Position numbers and translations under genes: made by a program
The notes under the pieces: model-generated
Database searches by the model: none
What the model was told of the DNA's origin: nothing
What the model saw: the letters and a program-made list of their open reading frames with translations, nothing else
Assembly: GCA_040882355.1 (NCBI GenBank)
Contig: JBBEBM010000043.1
Coordinates: 1-64,000, forward strand
Length of the DNA: 64,000 nt
Direction: 5' to 3'
From: Dehalococcoidia bacterium
GTDB lineage: Bacteria; Chloroflexota; Dehalococcoidia; DSTF01; RBG-16-68-14
Shown: positions 46,463 through 56,174 of the stretch, in pieces
Layout: each line of letters begins with the position of its first letter
Position numbering within the stretch: the first letter of the stretch is position 1

Positions 46463-47971
46463 ATGCCACGTCCCCCATCCGACGAAGGCGCCGTCTCCCG
46501 CCTGGCCGAGGTGCGGGCCGCTCGCATCCAGAAGCTGGAGCGCCTCCGCGAGCTCGGCATCGACCCGTACCCCGCCAGCGCCGGCGAGCGGGTACCCATC
46601 GCCTCCGCCCGCATGATGCCCGAGGGCACGTCGGCGCGCGTCGCCGGCCGCCTCATGTCCTGGCGCGGCCACGGCGGCTCGTCCTTCGCCACGCTGCGAG
46701 ACCAGTCCGGCGACCTCCAGCTCCACTTCCGCAAGGACGTCCTCGGCGACCAGCGCTACGAGCTGGTACGCCTGCTTGACGTCGGCGACTTCATCGCCGC
46801 CGAAGGCCACCTCTTCACCACCAAGACCGGCGAGCTCACGATCGAGGCCCAGGCGCTCTCGCTCCTGACGAAGTCGCTCCTGCCTCTGCCCGAGAAGTGG
46901 CACGGCCTCACCGACCCGGAGACCCGTGTCCGAAAGCGACACCTCGCGCTGATCGTCGAACCGGAGGAGCGCGAGCTGCTAATGCGGCGCGCGCGCTTCG
47001 TTCGCCAGATCCGCTCGTTCCTCGACGGTGAGGACTTCATCGAAGTCGCCACGCCCGCGCTCGAGAGCGTGCCCGGCGGCGCCGACGCCGAGCCCTTCGT
47101 CACCCACCACAACGCGCTCGACAGCGACTTCTACCTCCGCATCTCGCTCGAGCTCGCTCACAAGCGCCTCATCGTCGGCGGCTTCGAGCGCATCTACGAG
47201 ATCGGCCGCATCTTTCGCAACGAGGGCATCAGTCGCGAGCACCTCCAGGACTACGACCTGCTCGAGCTCTACTGGGCTTACGCCGACCTGCCCGCCCTCA
47301 TGCGTTTCGTCGAGCGCTTCTACGCGACGGTGATCCACGAGACCTTCGACACGCTCAAGCTCACCTACGGCGAGCGCGAGCTGGACTTCACGCCGCCCTG
47401 GCCGCAGTCCGACTACTTCGGTCTCTGTCGCGAGCACCTCGACATCGACCTCCATGCCTACCCGACGGCGGAGTCGCTCGTCCCCGTCGCGACGAAGCAC
47501 GGCATCGCCGAGGCGGACACCGGCATCGGGCGCGGCCGGATCATCGACCTGCTCTACAAGCGCCTCATCCGCCCCAAGCTCATCCGACCCCAGTTCCTGC
47601 TCAACCATCCCGTCGACGTCTCGCCCCTCGCCAAGCGCGACCCCAGCGATCCGAGCCGCGTTCAGCGCCTCCAGGTGCTCATGGCCGGCTCCGAGGTCGG
47701 CAACGGCTACGCCGAGCTGAACGACCCGCTCGACCAGCGGGCGCGCTTCGAAGAGCAGATGCGCCTGCGCGCCGCAGGCGACCGCGAGGCCCAGATGATC
47801 GACGAAGAGTACCTGGAGGCGCTTGAGCAGGGCATGCCCCCCACGGCCGGCTTCGGCGTCTCCATCGAGCGCTGGTTCATGTACCTCACCGACCGCGCCA
47901 GCATCCGCGACGTCGTCGCCTTCCCGCTCGTCCGCCCCCTCCGCCCCGGCGAAGCGCCGGAAGGGACGTGA
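46463..47971 (+). CDS. lysS: Lysine--tRNA ligase (class II)
   Basis: OB anticodon domain, PLPEKWHGL, GGADAEPF, IFRNEG, VSPLAK, GMPPTAGFG. Confidence 0.96.
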   Translation: MPRPPSDEGAVSRLAEVRAARIQKLERLRELGIDPYPASAGERVPIASARMMPEGTSARVAGRLMSWRGHGGSSFATLRDQSGDLQLHFRKDVLGDQRYELVRLLDVGDFIAAEGHLFTTKTGELTIEAQALSLLTKSLLPLPEKWHGLTDPETRVRKRHLALIVEPEERELLMRRARFVRQIRSFLDGEDFIEVATPALESVPGGADAEPFVTHHNALDSDFYLRISLELAHKRLIVGGFERIYEIGRIFRNEGISREHLQDYDLLELYWAYADLPALMRFVERFYATVIHETFDTLKLTYGERELDFTPPWPQSDYFGLCREHLDIDLHAYPTAESLVPVATKHGIAEADTGIGRGRIIDLLYKRLIRPKLIRPQFLLNHPVDVSPLAKRDPSDPSRVQRLQVLMAGSEVGNGYAELNDPLDQRARFEEQMRLRAAGDREAQMIDEEYLEALEQGMPPTAGFGVSIERWFMYLTDRASIRDVVAFPLVRPLRPGEAPEGT

Positions 47972-48444
47972 CAGTCTACGACGGCCCTGCCCTGCCCGCC
48001 GGGCCCGTCTCACTCGTCCTGCCGAACGAAGGCCTCCTCCGCGATGCCCTCGAGTCCGCCGACCTCGCCGACCACGAAACGACCTGGTTCGACCGCGCCC
48101 GCGCCGATCATGCGATCCACTATTTCGCCATCGAGCGCGACGGACGGCTCATCGGCCAGATCATGCTCCACGACATCGACTCAGCAGCCGGAGAGGGCAT
48201 GGTCGGCTACCACATCTTCCTTCCGGAAGACCGCGGCCAGGGCTCCGGCAGCGCCGCGCTCCAAGCCGTCTGCCGCTACGCGTTCGAGCAGCTAGACCTC
48301 CGCCGCCTCGTCGCGATTACCACCCACGACAACGCCGCATCGCGTCGGATCGCGGTCAAGGCCCGCTTCCGTGAGATCGGCCCCGCTCGCGAGGGCCCCG
48401 ACCTCGTCTGCTACGAACTGCGCCGAGAAGGTGACGACGAGTAG
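47968..48444 (+). CDS. GNAT acetyltransferase (RimJ/RimL-like)
   Basis: VGYHIF, RGQGSG, NAASRR; GTGA overlap with lysS. Confidence 0.85.
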   Translation: MTVYDGPALPAGPVSLVLPNEGLLRDALESADLADHETTWFDRARADHAIHYFAIERDGRLIGQIMLHDIDSAAGEGMVGYHIFLPEDRGQGSGSAALQAVCRYAFEQLDLRRLVAITTHDNAASRRIAVKARFREIGPAREGPDLVCYELRREGDDE

Positions 48445-48519
48445 GCATGGTCCTGTCACCTCCGCCGCCTGAGCGCGTTGTTGACTGCAGGAGCGAATAA
48501 TGAGGACCCAACCAGTCCT

Positions 48520-49131
48520 ATGCTGAGGTCCTTCACCGGCTCATCGCCCGGCAGGCTGCTGCTCGCCCTCCTCGGCGTCAGCGCCGTCTTCGCAGTCGTT
48601 GCCGTCGCGGGCATCGCCCTCGCGGTCGCCGGCGGCCCTGGTTCGTGCAGCCCCGGCGGCGGGCCTGTGACCGTAAGCGACGCCGGGGCGCACGCCTTCC
48701 AGTCGAAGTGGCGCGCCTTCGAGGATACGGTCGACGGCGGCACGCCCGCCTCCGTTACGCTCAGCGAAAGCGAGGTCACCTCTCGCGCTCAGGAGCGCCT
48801 CCACGACGACGCCAGCGGGCTCCACGACCTCCGCATCTGCCTCCACGACGGCTACGCGGAGGCGACCGCCACGCTCGATGTGCCCGCCTTCTTCAACGTT
48901 CGCGGCAAAGTGAAGGGCGACCTCGAGCTCGCCAGCCCGCACGCCCGCGGCCACATCGAAGACGTCGAGCTCGGCAGCATACCGGGCCCGCTGCTGGAGC
49001 CGCCGGAGGCCCTCCTCCGCCGCGCCGTCGACGAAGTCCTCGACGACATCGAAGTCGAGCCTCGCGCCTACACCATCACCTTCACCGAAGGCGCCGTCCG
49101 CGTCGACGCCGAACCGCTGCCGTCGCCCTGA
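48520..49131 (+). CDS. Hypothetical membrane-anchored/secreted protein
   Basis: N-terminal hydrophobic segment, acidic globular domain, high-GC3 codons. Confidence 0.7.
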   Translation: MLRSFTGSSPGRLLLALLGVSAVFAVVAVAGIALAVAGGPGSCSPGGGPVTVSDAGAHAFQSKWRAFEDTVDGGTPASVTLSESEVTSRAQERLHDDASGLHDLRICLHDGYAEATATLDVPAFFNVRGKVKGDLELASPHARGHIEDVELGSIPGPLLEPPEALLRRAVDEVLDDIEVEPRAYTITFTEGAVRVDAEPLPSP

Positions 49132-49161
49132 CCACAGCAACCGGCCCGGCGCAGGGCGCCA

Positions 49162-49361
49162 CCATCCGTTTATCCGTTTCGCATCCGTTCCAGGCGCCTC
49201 TGTGTCACCCTGAGCGAAGCGAAGGGTCTGGCCCGTCGAGCAAGACACCCCGAACCGCCATCCGATTTCGTATCCGTGGACACGCCCCCATCCCCTCGAC
49301 GAACCTCCCGCGAAACGCGTCACCCCTCGCCCGCGAGGCGGGAGAGGGGCCGGGGGTGAGG
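49162..49361. repeat. Composite repeat cluster upstream of alaS (ATCCG arrays, REP-like palindrome, CCCCTC...GGGAGAGGGG element)
   Basis: ccatccgtttatccgtttcgcatccg; gtcaccctgagcgaagcgaagggtc; cccctcgcccgcgaggcgggagaggggccgggggtgaggg. Confidence 0.75.
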
Positions 49362-49385
49362 GCCCGCTGCTATAATCCAACCACG

Positions 49386-52025
49386 ATGCGTAGCTCCGAA
49401 GTCCGCCGCAAGTTCCTCGCCTACTTCGAGGCCCGGGGCCACACCATCGTCCCCAGCGCCTCGCTCATCCCCGCCGGCGATCCAACGCTCCTCTTCGTCA
49501 ACGCCGGAATGGTGCCCTTCAAAGACGTCTTCCTGGGCAAGGAGCGCCGCCCCTACACGCGAGCCGCCTCCGTCCAGAAGTGCCTTCGCGTCAGCGGCAA
49601 GCACAACGATCTGGAGGAGGTCGGCCCCTCCTCCCACCACCACACCTTCTTCGAGATGCTCGGCAACTTCTCGTTCGGCGACTACTTCAAGGAAGAGGCG
49701 CTCGCCTACACCTGGGAGTTCCTCACGAAGGAGATGGGCCTGCCCGGCGACAAGCTCCACCCCACCGTCTACGAGGAAGACGACGAATCCGCCGCGATCT
49801 GGGCGAAGCTCAAGGGCATCCCGTCGTCCCAGGTCGTCCGGCTGGGCGCCGACGACAACTTCTGGTCGATGGGCGACACCGGGCCCTGCGGCCCCAACTC
49901 CGAAGTCATGTACGACCGCACCGGCGCCTGCCTCAACGACGGCTCCGACTGCCCCCTCACCTGCGAGTGCGACCGCTGGTGGGAGATCTGGAACAACGTC
50001 TTCATGCAGTTCGACCGCGCCGCCGACGGCACGCTCAGCCCCCTGCCCAAGTCCGGCGTCGACACCGGCATGGGCTTCGAACGCCTCTGCGCCGTCCTAC
50101 AGGGCGCCGAGTCCGACTACGAGACCGACGTCTTCGCGCCGCTCATCGACCGCCTGCGCGCCCTCACCGGCGAATCGCAGGCCATCACGCCCGAGCGCCT
50201 GGGGAGCTATCGCGCCGTCGCCGACCACGCCCGCTCGATCGCATTCCTCATCGCGGACGGCCTCATGCCATCGAACGAAGGACGCGGCTACGTGCTGCGC
50301 CGCATCCTGCGACGCGCCTCCTACCACGGACGCCTGCTCGGCCTCACGCGGCCCTTCCTCACCGAGGTCTGCGCCGCCGTCATCGACACGATGGGCGAGG
50401 CTTACCCGGAGTTGACTGAGGCTTCGTCGCGCATCACCGACCTCGTTTCCGACGAAGAGGAGCGCTTTCTCGCCACGCTCGAAGCCGGCCTCACGCGCCT
50501 CGAGCGCACGATTGAAGAGTCGCCGGCCGCCACAACCGTCCTCCCCGGCGACGAGGCCTTCCGCCTCTACGACACCTTCGGCTTTCCGATCGACCTCACC
50601 CGCAACGTGCTCGCCGCGCGCAACTGGCGCGTCGACGAAGACGGCTTCGAGCGCGCCCTCGAAGCCCAGCGCGAGCGCGCCCGCGCGGCGCTGCACGAGG
50701 AGCGCGGCGAAGAGGGCGCGCTGCTGGAGTCCCTCCGTGACCTGGCCTGGACGCAGTTCGCCGGCTACGACACGATGTCGTCCGAAGCGACCGTGCTCGC
50801 CCTCCTCCGCGACGCCGCCCGCGTCGCATCCGCCGCCGAGGGCGACACCGTCGACCTCGTCCTCGACGCGACGCCCTTCTACGCCGAGGGCGGCGGTCAG
50901 GTCGGCGACAGCGGTCGCATCACCGGCCCCGACGGCCAGGTGGAGGTCGAGACCGTCCGTCGCGTCGGCGCCGTCTTCGTCCATGCCGGCCGCGTCGTCC
51001 GAGGCCGCATCGCCGAGGGCGATCGCGTCCGCGCCGAGGTCGACGAGTCGAGCCGTCGCGCCACCATGCGCAACCACACCGCCACCCACCTCCTCCACAA
51101 AGCGCTGCGCGTCGTGCTCGGCCCGCAGGCGAAGCAGGCCGGCTCGCTTGTTGCGCCCGACCGCCTCCGTTTCGACTTCCTCCACGGCAAGCCGCTCTCC
51201 GAAGACGAGCTGCGCCGCGCCGAGCGCATCGTCCAGGAGCAGGTGCTGCTCGATAAGCCGGTCACCACCGACCTGATGAACATCCAGGAGGCGCTCTCGC
51301 TCGGCGCCGACGCCATGTTCGACGAGAAGTACGGAGAAGACGTCCGCGTCGTCAGCGTCAACGGCGGCGAAGTCTTCAGTCGCGAGCTCTGCGGCGGCAC
51401 CCACTGCCACCGCACCGGCGAGATCGGCGCGTTCTTCATTGTCGAGCAGCGCAGCGTCGGCGCCGGCGTCCGCCGCGTCGAGGCCGTCACCGGCTTCAAT
51501 GCCATCGAGTGGATGAACGCCCGCCGCCAGGTCGTCGACGAGCTCAGCCGCGAATACAACGTCCCGCCCGCCGAGCTGCCCGAGCGTCTTCGCGCCCTCG
51601 CCGAGCGCGCGAAAGCAACACGCGCAGTCAGCCATACGACGGACGCCGTGCTAGTCGACCGCGTCACAGAGATTCTCGCGCGCGCAGAGCAGGTCGACGG
51701 CCGCCTCGTCATCACCGAACGCGTCCCCGCCGCCGATCCCACCGAGCTGCGTGACTTCGGCGACGCGCTCCGACGCAAGGCGAAGGGCTCGGCCGCGCTC
51801 GCCCTGGGCGCCCTCTTCGAAGACCGGCCCGCGATCGTCGTCATGCTCAGCCCGGACCTTGTGCAGGTAGGCCTCGACGCGGCCAAGCTCGCGAAGCAGA
51901 TCGGCAACGCAATGGGCGGTGGCGGCGGCGGCCGGCCCGACCTCGCCGAGGCCGGCGGCCGCGACCCTGCCAAGCTCGACGACGCCCTCGCCCTGGCGAA
52001 GACCCTCCTTCGGGGTGAGGGCTAG
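49386..52025 (+). CDS. alaS: Alanine--tRNA ligase
   Basis: FVNAGMVPFK, HHTFFEMLGNFS, DTGMGFER, NHTATHLLH, ELCGGTH, GGGGRP; TATAAT 9 nt upstream. Confidence 0.98.
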   Translation: MRSSEVRRKFLAYFEARGHTIVPSASLIPAGDPTLLFVNAGMVPFKDVFLGKERRPYTRAASVQKCLRVSGKHNDLEEVGPSSHHHTFFEMLGNFSFGDYFKEEALAYTWEFLTKEMGLPGDKLHPTVYEEDDESAAIWAKLKGIPSSQVVRLGADDNFWSMGDTGPCGPNSEVMYDRTGACLNDGSDCPLTCECDRWWEIWNNVFMQFDRAADGTLSPLPKSGVDTGMGFERLCAVLQGAESDYETDVFAPLIDRLRALTGESQAITPERLGSYRAVADHARSIAFLIADGLMPSNEGRGYVLRRILRRASYHGRLLGLTRPFLTEVCAAVIDTMGEAYPELTEASSRITDLVSDEEERFLATLEAGLTRLERTIEESPAATTVLPGDEAFRLYDTFGFPIDLTRNVLAARNWRVDEDGFERALEAQRERARAALHEERGEEGALLESLRDLAWTQFAGYDTMSSEATVLALLRDAARVASAAEGDTVDLVLDATPFYAEGGGQVGDSGRITGPDGQVEVETVRRVGAVFVHAGRVVRGRIAEGDRVRAEVDESSRRATMRNHTATHLLHKALRVVLGPQAKQAGSLVAPDRLRFDFLHGKPLSEDELRRAERIVQEQVLLDKPVTTDLMNIQEALSLGADAMFDEKYGEDVRVVSVNGGEVFSRELCGGTHCHRTGEIGAFFIVEQRSVGAGVRRVEAVTGFNAIEWMNARRQVVDELSREYNVPPAELPERLRALAERAKATRAVSHTTDAVLVDRVTEILARAEQVDGRLVITERVPAADPTELRDFGDALRRKAKGSAALALGALFEDRPAIVVMLSPDLVQVGLDAAKLAKQIGNAMGGGGGGRPDLAEAGGRDPAKLDDALALAKTLLRGEG
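51931..52014 (+). repeat. Direct repeat copy 1 (alaS 3' end)
   Basis: 73/84 identical to 52599-52682 by manual alignment. Confidence 0.9.
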
Positions 52026-52069
52026 CCGCCGTGCCCGCGCCCGCCACTGCCGTCCGCCGGCGTTGGTAG

Positions 52070-52486
52070 TTACGTCGGCGGAAAAGAGCCGAGCTGCTGG
52101 AAGAACCCGAACGCGTCGACCTCCGACCAGTGCTCCGCTATCTTTCCGTCCGCGATTCGATGCACGGCGATGCCAGTCATCGTAACGCTCTTGCCGGTTG
52201 CGGGTATCCCCAGGAACTCGCCCGTATGCTTACCGGAGGCTCTCATCCGGGTGACGACCTTGTCGCCCTCAGCGATTTGGTCCACCACTTCGTGACTGAA
52301 GTCGGAAAAGGCCCCAAGAGCTAGCTGAAAGCCTTCCCTGGAGCCGGCTCGGCCAGCCGGAAGGTTCGGGAAGGGCGGATTGTGGTCGAGATAGTCCGGA
52401 GCGATGAACTCATCCAGAATCTTGGCGTCACCACGATCGATCGCCTCATAGAAGCGGCGCACAAGCCCCTTGTTCGATTCCAACAC
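52070..52486 (-). CDS. SnoaL-like ester cyclase (NTF2 fold)
   Basis: NKGLVRRFY, AEGDKV, HTGEFLGIPATGK, DGKIAEHW. Confidence 0.92.
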   Translation of the reverse strand: MLESNKGLVRRFYEAIDRGDAKILDEFIAPDYLDHNPPFPNLPAGRAGSREGFQLALGAFSDFSHEVVDQIAEGDKVVTRMRASGKHTGEFLGIPATGKSVTMTGIAVHRIADGKIAEHWSEVDAFGFFQQLGSFPPT

Positions 52487-52598
52487 AACGCACCCCTTTC
52501 GTTCATCTCCTGAGCAAGCTTGCTGCCCGGTTCGCGTTGCCCATGATAGGGCGCGTTCCTGACAACGGGTTGTCAGTACCACCCGCCTGATCACGCCA

Positions 52599-52711
52599 GC
52601 CAGCCCGATCCTGCCGAAGTCGGCGGCCGCGACCCCGCCAAGCTCGACGATGCCCTCGCCCTGGCCAGGATCCTCCTTCGGGCGGACGCCCGCCCGTCCG
52701 GTCGCGCCTAA
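52599..52711 (+). pseudogene. Displaced duplicate of the alaS 3' end (direct repeat copy 2)
   Basis: In the alaS frame reads QPDPAEVGGRDPAKLDDALALARILLRADARPSGRA* versus RPDLAEAGGRDPAKLDDALALAKTLLRGEG*. Confidence 0.85.
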
Positions 52712-52770
52712 GCGCCCGTCGGGCTATCCTGACCCCGTCACGCGTCTCGTAGTTCGCAAGGAGGCTGAAC

Positions 52771-53355
52771 GTGAAAACCGCACTCATCGCCGGAACACTG
52801 CTCGCTCTGGTCGCGCTGGCCGGCGCCTTCGCTCCGGGCGCCGCGGTGGCCCAGACCAACGTCTGCCAGACGAACCCCGGCCCGCCCGACGCCGCCGACC
52901 CTGACATCACCGTCAGCAGCCCGACCGCGAACGCCATGGTCACCAGCCCCGTCACCGTCACCGGCCAGGCGCGCACCTTCGAGTCGAACGTGCAGGTGCG
53001 GATGTTCGACGCCTCGGGCGCCGAGGCAGGTTCGGCGTTCGGCACCGCCAACGCGCCCGACGCCGGCCAGTTAGGCCCGTACACCATCGAGTTGACGTTC
53101 ACGGCCAGCGCCGGCGACGACCTCTGCCTCTGGGTCTTCGAGAGCAGCGCCGAAACCGGCGACCCGATCAACGTCGTGCAGGTGCCTGTCCAGGTCGCAG
53201 GGGCCGAAGCATCGCCGACCGCGGCGCTGCCGGCCACCGGCGCCGCCCAGCCAGGCAGCGGGGATCTCGGCACGCCGCTCATCGCTGCGGCGCTGCTCGC
53301 CGCGTTCGGCAGTGCCGCGCTCGTCGGCGCGTCCCTGCTACGCGCGCGTCGCTAA
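52771..53355 (+). CDS. Secreted Gmad2 Ig-like protein with LPATG sorting signal
   Basis: Signal peptide, ITVSSP...VTGQARTFESNV, ESSAETG, LPATG + TM + RARR. Confidence 0.85.
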   Translation: MKTALIAGTLLALVALAGAFAPGAAVAQTNVCQTNPGPPDAADPDITVSSPTANAMVTSPVTVTGQARTFESNVQVRMFDASGAEAGSAFGTANAPDAGQLGPYTIELTFTASAGDDLCLWVFESSAETGDPINVVQVPVQVAGAEASPTAALPATGAAQPGSGDLGTPLIAAALLAAFGSAALVGASLLRARR

Positions 53356-53364
53356 AGACGCACC

Positions 53365-54405
53365 ATGACCGCCGACGCCGCCGCCCGCATCACCGAGGCG
53401 GCGTCGGCGGTCCACGACGCGCTCGACGGCGCCCAGCGCGCAAAGGCGTCGTTCGCCTTCGACGACGAGGACGAGCGGCGCAACTGGGGCTACTTCCCGC
53501 GCGACTTCCACGGCCTGCCCCTGGGCGACATGGACGCAGCCCAGCAGAAGTTGGCGCTCGCGCTCGTCGCGTCCGCGCTCAGCCTGCACGCGTTCGCCCA
53601 GGTCACCACGATCATCGCGCTCGAGAACGTCCTCGACCAGATCGAGGGCGGCGTCATCCGGCGCGACCCATCGCGCTACTTCGTCAGCCTCTTCGGCTCG
53701 CCTAACGACGAGCTGTGGGGCTGGCGATTCGAGGGACACCACGTCTCGCTCAACTTCGGCGTCGCGAACGGCAAAGGCGTCTCGCCGGCGCCGATCTTCC
53801 TCGGCTCGAACCCCGCCGAGGTGCGCCACGACGACCGCTCCGTCATTCGTCCCTGCGGCGAGGAAGAGGACGCCGCCCGCGAGCTGCTCCTCTCGCTCGA
53901 CGCCGAGCGCCTCGCCCGCGCCGTCATCTGCGACACCGCCCCGCCCGACATCGTCCTCACGAACGCGCCGCGCGTGCCAGACGCCGCGCTGCCGGGCGCC
54001 GCCGGCAACAACCCGTTCATCGGGCGGCAGTTCGATGCGCTCACCGACGACCAGCGCCAGGCGTTGCGCTTCGACCGTGCCGCGCCCGTCGGGCTGTCCG
54101 CGTCCGACATGGACGCCTCGCAGCGGGGGCTCCTCCAGCAGCTCGTCGACGTCTACCTCCACCGCCTGCCCAGCGACCTCGCGCGCATCGAGCGCGAAAA
54201 GCTGGACGGCGATGACATCTCCTTCGCCTGGGCCGGCGAGGACCGCCCTCGCCGCGCTCACTACTACCGCCTGCAGGGGCCGTCACTCCTCGTCGAGTAC
54301 GACAACACCCAGAACGACGCCAACCACATCCACGCCGTCTGGCGCGACCCCACCGCTGACTTCGGGGCAGACCTCCTGCGCAGACACATCGCCGAAGCCC
54401 ACTAG
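53365..54405 (+). CDS. DUF3500 domain protein
   Basis: GWRFEGHHVSLN, FAWAG, YYRLQGP, EYDNTQNDANHIHAVWRDP. Confidence 0.88.
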   Translation: MTADAAARITEAASAVHDALDGAQRAKASFAFDDEDERRNWGYFPRDFHGLPLGDMDAAQQKLALALVASALSLHAFAQVTTIIALENVLDQIEGGVIRRDPSRYFVSLFGSPNDELWGWRFEGHHVSLNFGVANGKGVSPAPIFLGSNPAEVRHDDRSVIRPCGEEEDAARELLLSLDAERLARAVICDTAPPDIVLTNAPRVPDAALPGAAGNNPFIGRQFDALTDDQRQALRFDRAAPVGLSASDMDASQRGLLQQLVDVYLHRLPSDLARIEREKLDGDDISFAWAGEDRPRRAHYYRLQGPSLLVEYDNTQNDANHIHAVWRDPTADFGADLLRRHIAEAH

Positions 54406-54430
54406 CGGGGCTACGCTCACCTTCCTCCCG

Positions 54431-54471
54431 GTAGTCCAGGCCTTCAGCCTGNNNNNNNNNNGCCTGGACTA
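54431..54471. repeat. GTAG-type REP inverted pair spanning a 10-N assembly gap
   Basis: gtagtccaggccttcagcctg-NNNNNNNNNN-gcctggactac; related gacaggctgaagcctgtc at 57780. Confidence 0.7.
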
Positions 54472-54553
54472 CCCCCTCCCTGTCTCGCGGGTCCGGGCCT
54501 CTCCGCCAAACGTGGGTCCGCCTCTGGCGGAAGCCTGCACAGCTACACGTTCG

Positions 54554-55501
54554 TCACGCCGGGTCGGACTTCACAAACGTGTGCTCGCTGTCCACCTGCT
54601 CAAATCCCGCTGAGGCGTAGAGGGCCAATGCGGGCTTGTTCACGAAAGCGGTAGTCACGGCCGCCGTCGTCATGCCCTTCTCTCGCAACCTGCGGAACCC
54701 TTCGCGGACCACCGCTCGGCCAAACCCACGGCCGGTTGCCGACGGTCGCGTGCCGACTGGCTCGAAGTAACCAATTTGATTGGCGGAGTCGAGCCAGCAC
54801 ACGCAATAGCTCACCATCCCACCTTCAAACTCGAGAACAATGTCCAGCCCAGGATCGTAAAGGGGCGCCGACCGCAGCCGCTGGTACCGTTCCGTGCTGT
54901 GCTTGGACGGTCCCCACACCGACCACGCATCGCGATGAAGTTCCGCCCTTGCTGCAACGTCGCCCTCCGAGACCCGCCGGAAGGTCGCCCCGTCCGGCAG
55001 CACAACGGCCGGCAGCGGAGCCTCGAGACCGCGCGCAAATCGGACGCCCGACAGAGGTCCCTGTGTAAAACCGCTGTCGATGAGAAGCGTGATCCGGCTC
55101 GCGTCCGAGTCCATCGCAACTGTCGAAAGTGTGCCGCCTCCTAGCCCGCGGTAGGCGAGAGGGATCTCTTCCTTGTCGGCGACCAATGCCCGTCGCTGCT
55201 CGACCCATCGGATGATTTCAGCCGTCAGATCGCGCGGTTCGGCTATTGTCGGACTGATACCGAACTGGAAGGTCAGTGGTGGTTCAAAGATGGCACAGGC
55301 CGCGATTGCGCCGTCGCCTGCTCCCCTCCGCCAAAGCCGCACGTCATCGGACGTGTCGAAGGCATACAACTGCCAGACGAAATCGCCGGGGTGATAGTAG
55401 GAAGAACGTGGTTGGCGTGCCCGTGTTAGTTCCTGGGCAAAGGGGATGAGCGCCGCTAGATCAGACTCACGCTCGTAAGGACGGGCGACATAGCTTGACA
55501 C
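54554..55501 (-). CDS. GNAT acetyltransferase (tandem-type)
   Basis: YYHPGD, FEPVGT, GRGFGRA, NKPALALYASAGF. Confidence 0.85.
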   Translation of the reverse strand: MSSYVARPYERESDLAALIPFAQELTRARQPRSSYYHPGDFVWQLYAFDTSDDVRLWRRGAGDGAIAACAIFEPPLTFQFGISPTIAEPRDLTAEIIRWVEQRRALVADKEEIPLAYRGLGGGTLSTVAMDSDASRITLLIDSGFTQGPLSGVRFARGLEAPLPAVVLPDGATFRRVSEGDVAARAELHRDAWSVWGPSKHSTERYQRLRSAPLYDPGLDIVLEFEGGMVSYCVCWLDSANQIGYFEPVGTRPSATGRGFGRAVVREGFRRLREKGMTTAAVTTAFVNKPALALYASAGFEQVDSEHTFVKSDPA

Positions 55502-55673
55502 GATGAACTCCTTGTCACGAACCGAGCCGCTTCAGCGGCTCGGCTTTCGAGGCGAGCGGCCGTGTCACGAAAGCATCGGCGTCCTCTATGTCGGCGTACG
55601 TTCAAGGTAGCTGCGCAGGCGCAGGCACGTCAAAGCCGATAGGATCGCTATACTCATGCTATCCTTCAGTGCC

Positions 55674-56174
55674 ATGTCTGACCCAGCAGCGTTGGAGCGG
55701 GCCTTCTTTAGGTTGGTCAATGGCGTCGTCGAGCCACTGGTGCGTGCCGGGGGATTCTCTTCCAGCATGATGCCCGCCGGCCTGATCGTCCTCGAGACGA
55801 AGGGCCGGCGCTCCGGACAGCGCCGCTCGATCCCCCTTCACGCCGTCTCGCTGGGCGACTACCTACTCGTGAGCACGCTTCGCAGGCAGCGATCACAGTG
55901 GTTCCGAAACGTGTCAGTCGACCCGGATGTGCGTTACTGGCGAGGCGGCGAAGCCCGCGAAGCGAGGGCTCTGATTTTCTCGCCGGACGAGAGTCCGCCG
56001 CCTGCCGAGTTGGAGGAGCTGCCGCGGCTCGTGCGATGCGTTGTCGACGGCCTCTCTCTAGGAGGCGGCGGTCCCGGCTGGGCCTTTGCCGTCCTCGCCC
56101 CTCGCTCACCGCCGCCCGCCTCCACCCCCGCGCCACGTCCCCCTTCGCGCTCTCGCGCCACGCCCTTACCCTGA
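55674..56174 (+). CDS. Deazaflavin (F420)-dependent nitroreductase-family protein
   Basis: LETKGRRSGQRRSIPL, SQWFRNV..DPDV. Confidence 0.75.
   Translation: MSDPAALERAFFRLVNGVVEPLVRAGGFSSSMMPAGLIVLETKGRRSGQRRSIPLHAVSLGDYLLVSTLRRQRSQWFRNVSVDPDVRYWRGGEAREARALIFSPDESPPPAELEELPRLVRCVVDGLSLGGGGPGWAFAVLAPRSPPPASTPAPRPPSRSRATPLP

Noticed and set aside
46463..47971. EpmA/GenX instead of LysRS
   Set aside because: The N-terminal anticodon-binding OB domain is present
48645..49385. 247-aa N-terminal extension of AlaRS
   Set aside because: The frame runs through another gene and repeats; TATAAT and the conserved N-terminus support ATG 49386
54452..54461. N run as a biological feature
   Set aside because: Scaffold gap, probably caused by the flanking repeat; adjacency across it is unverified
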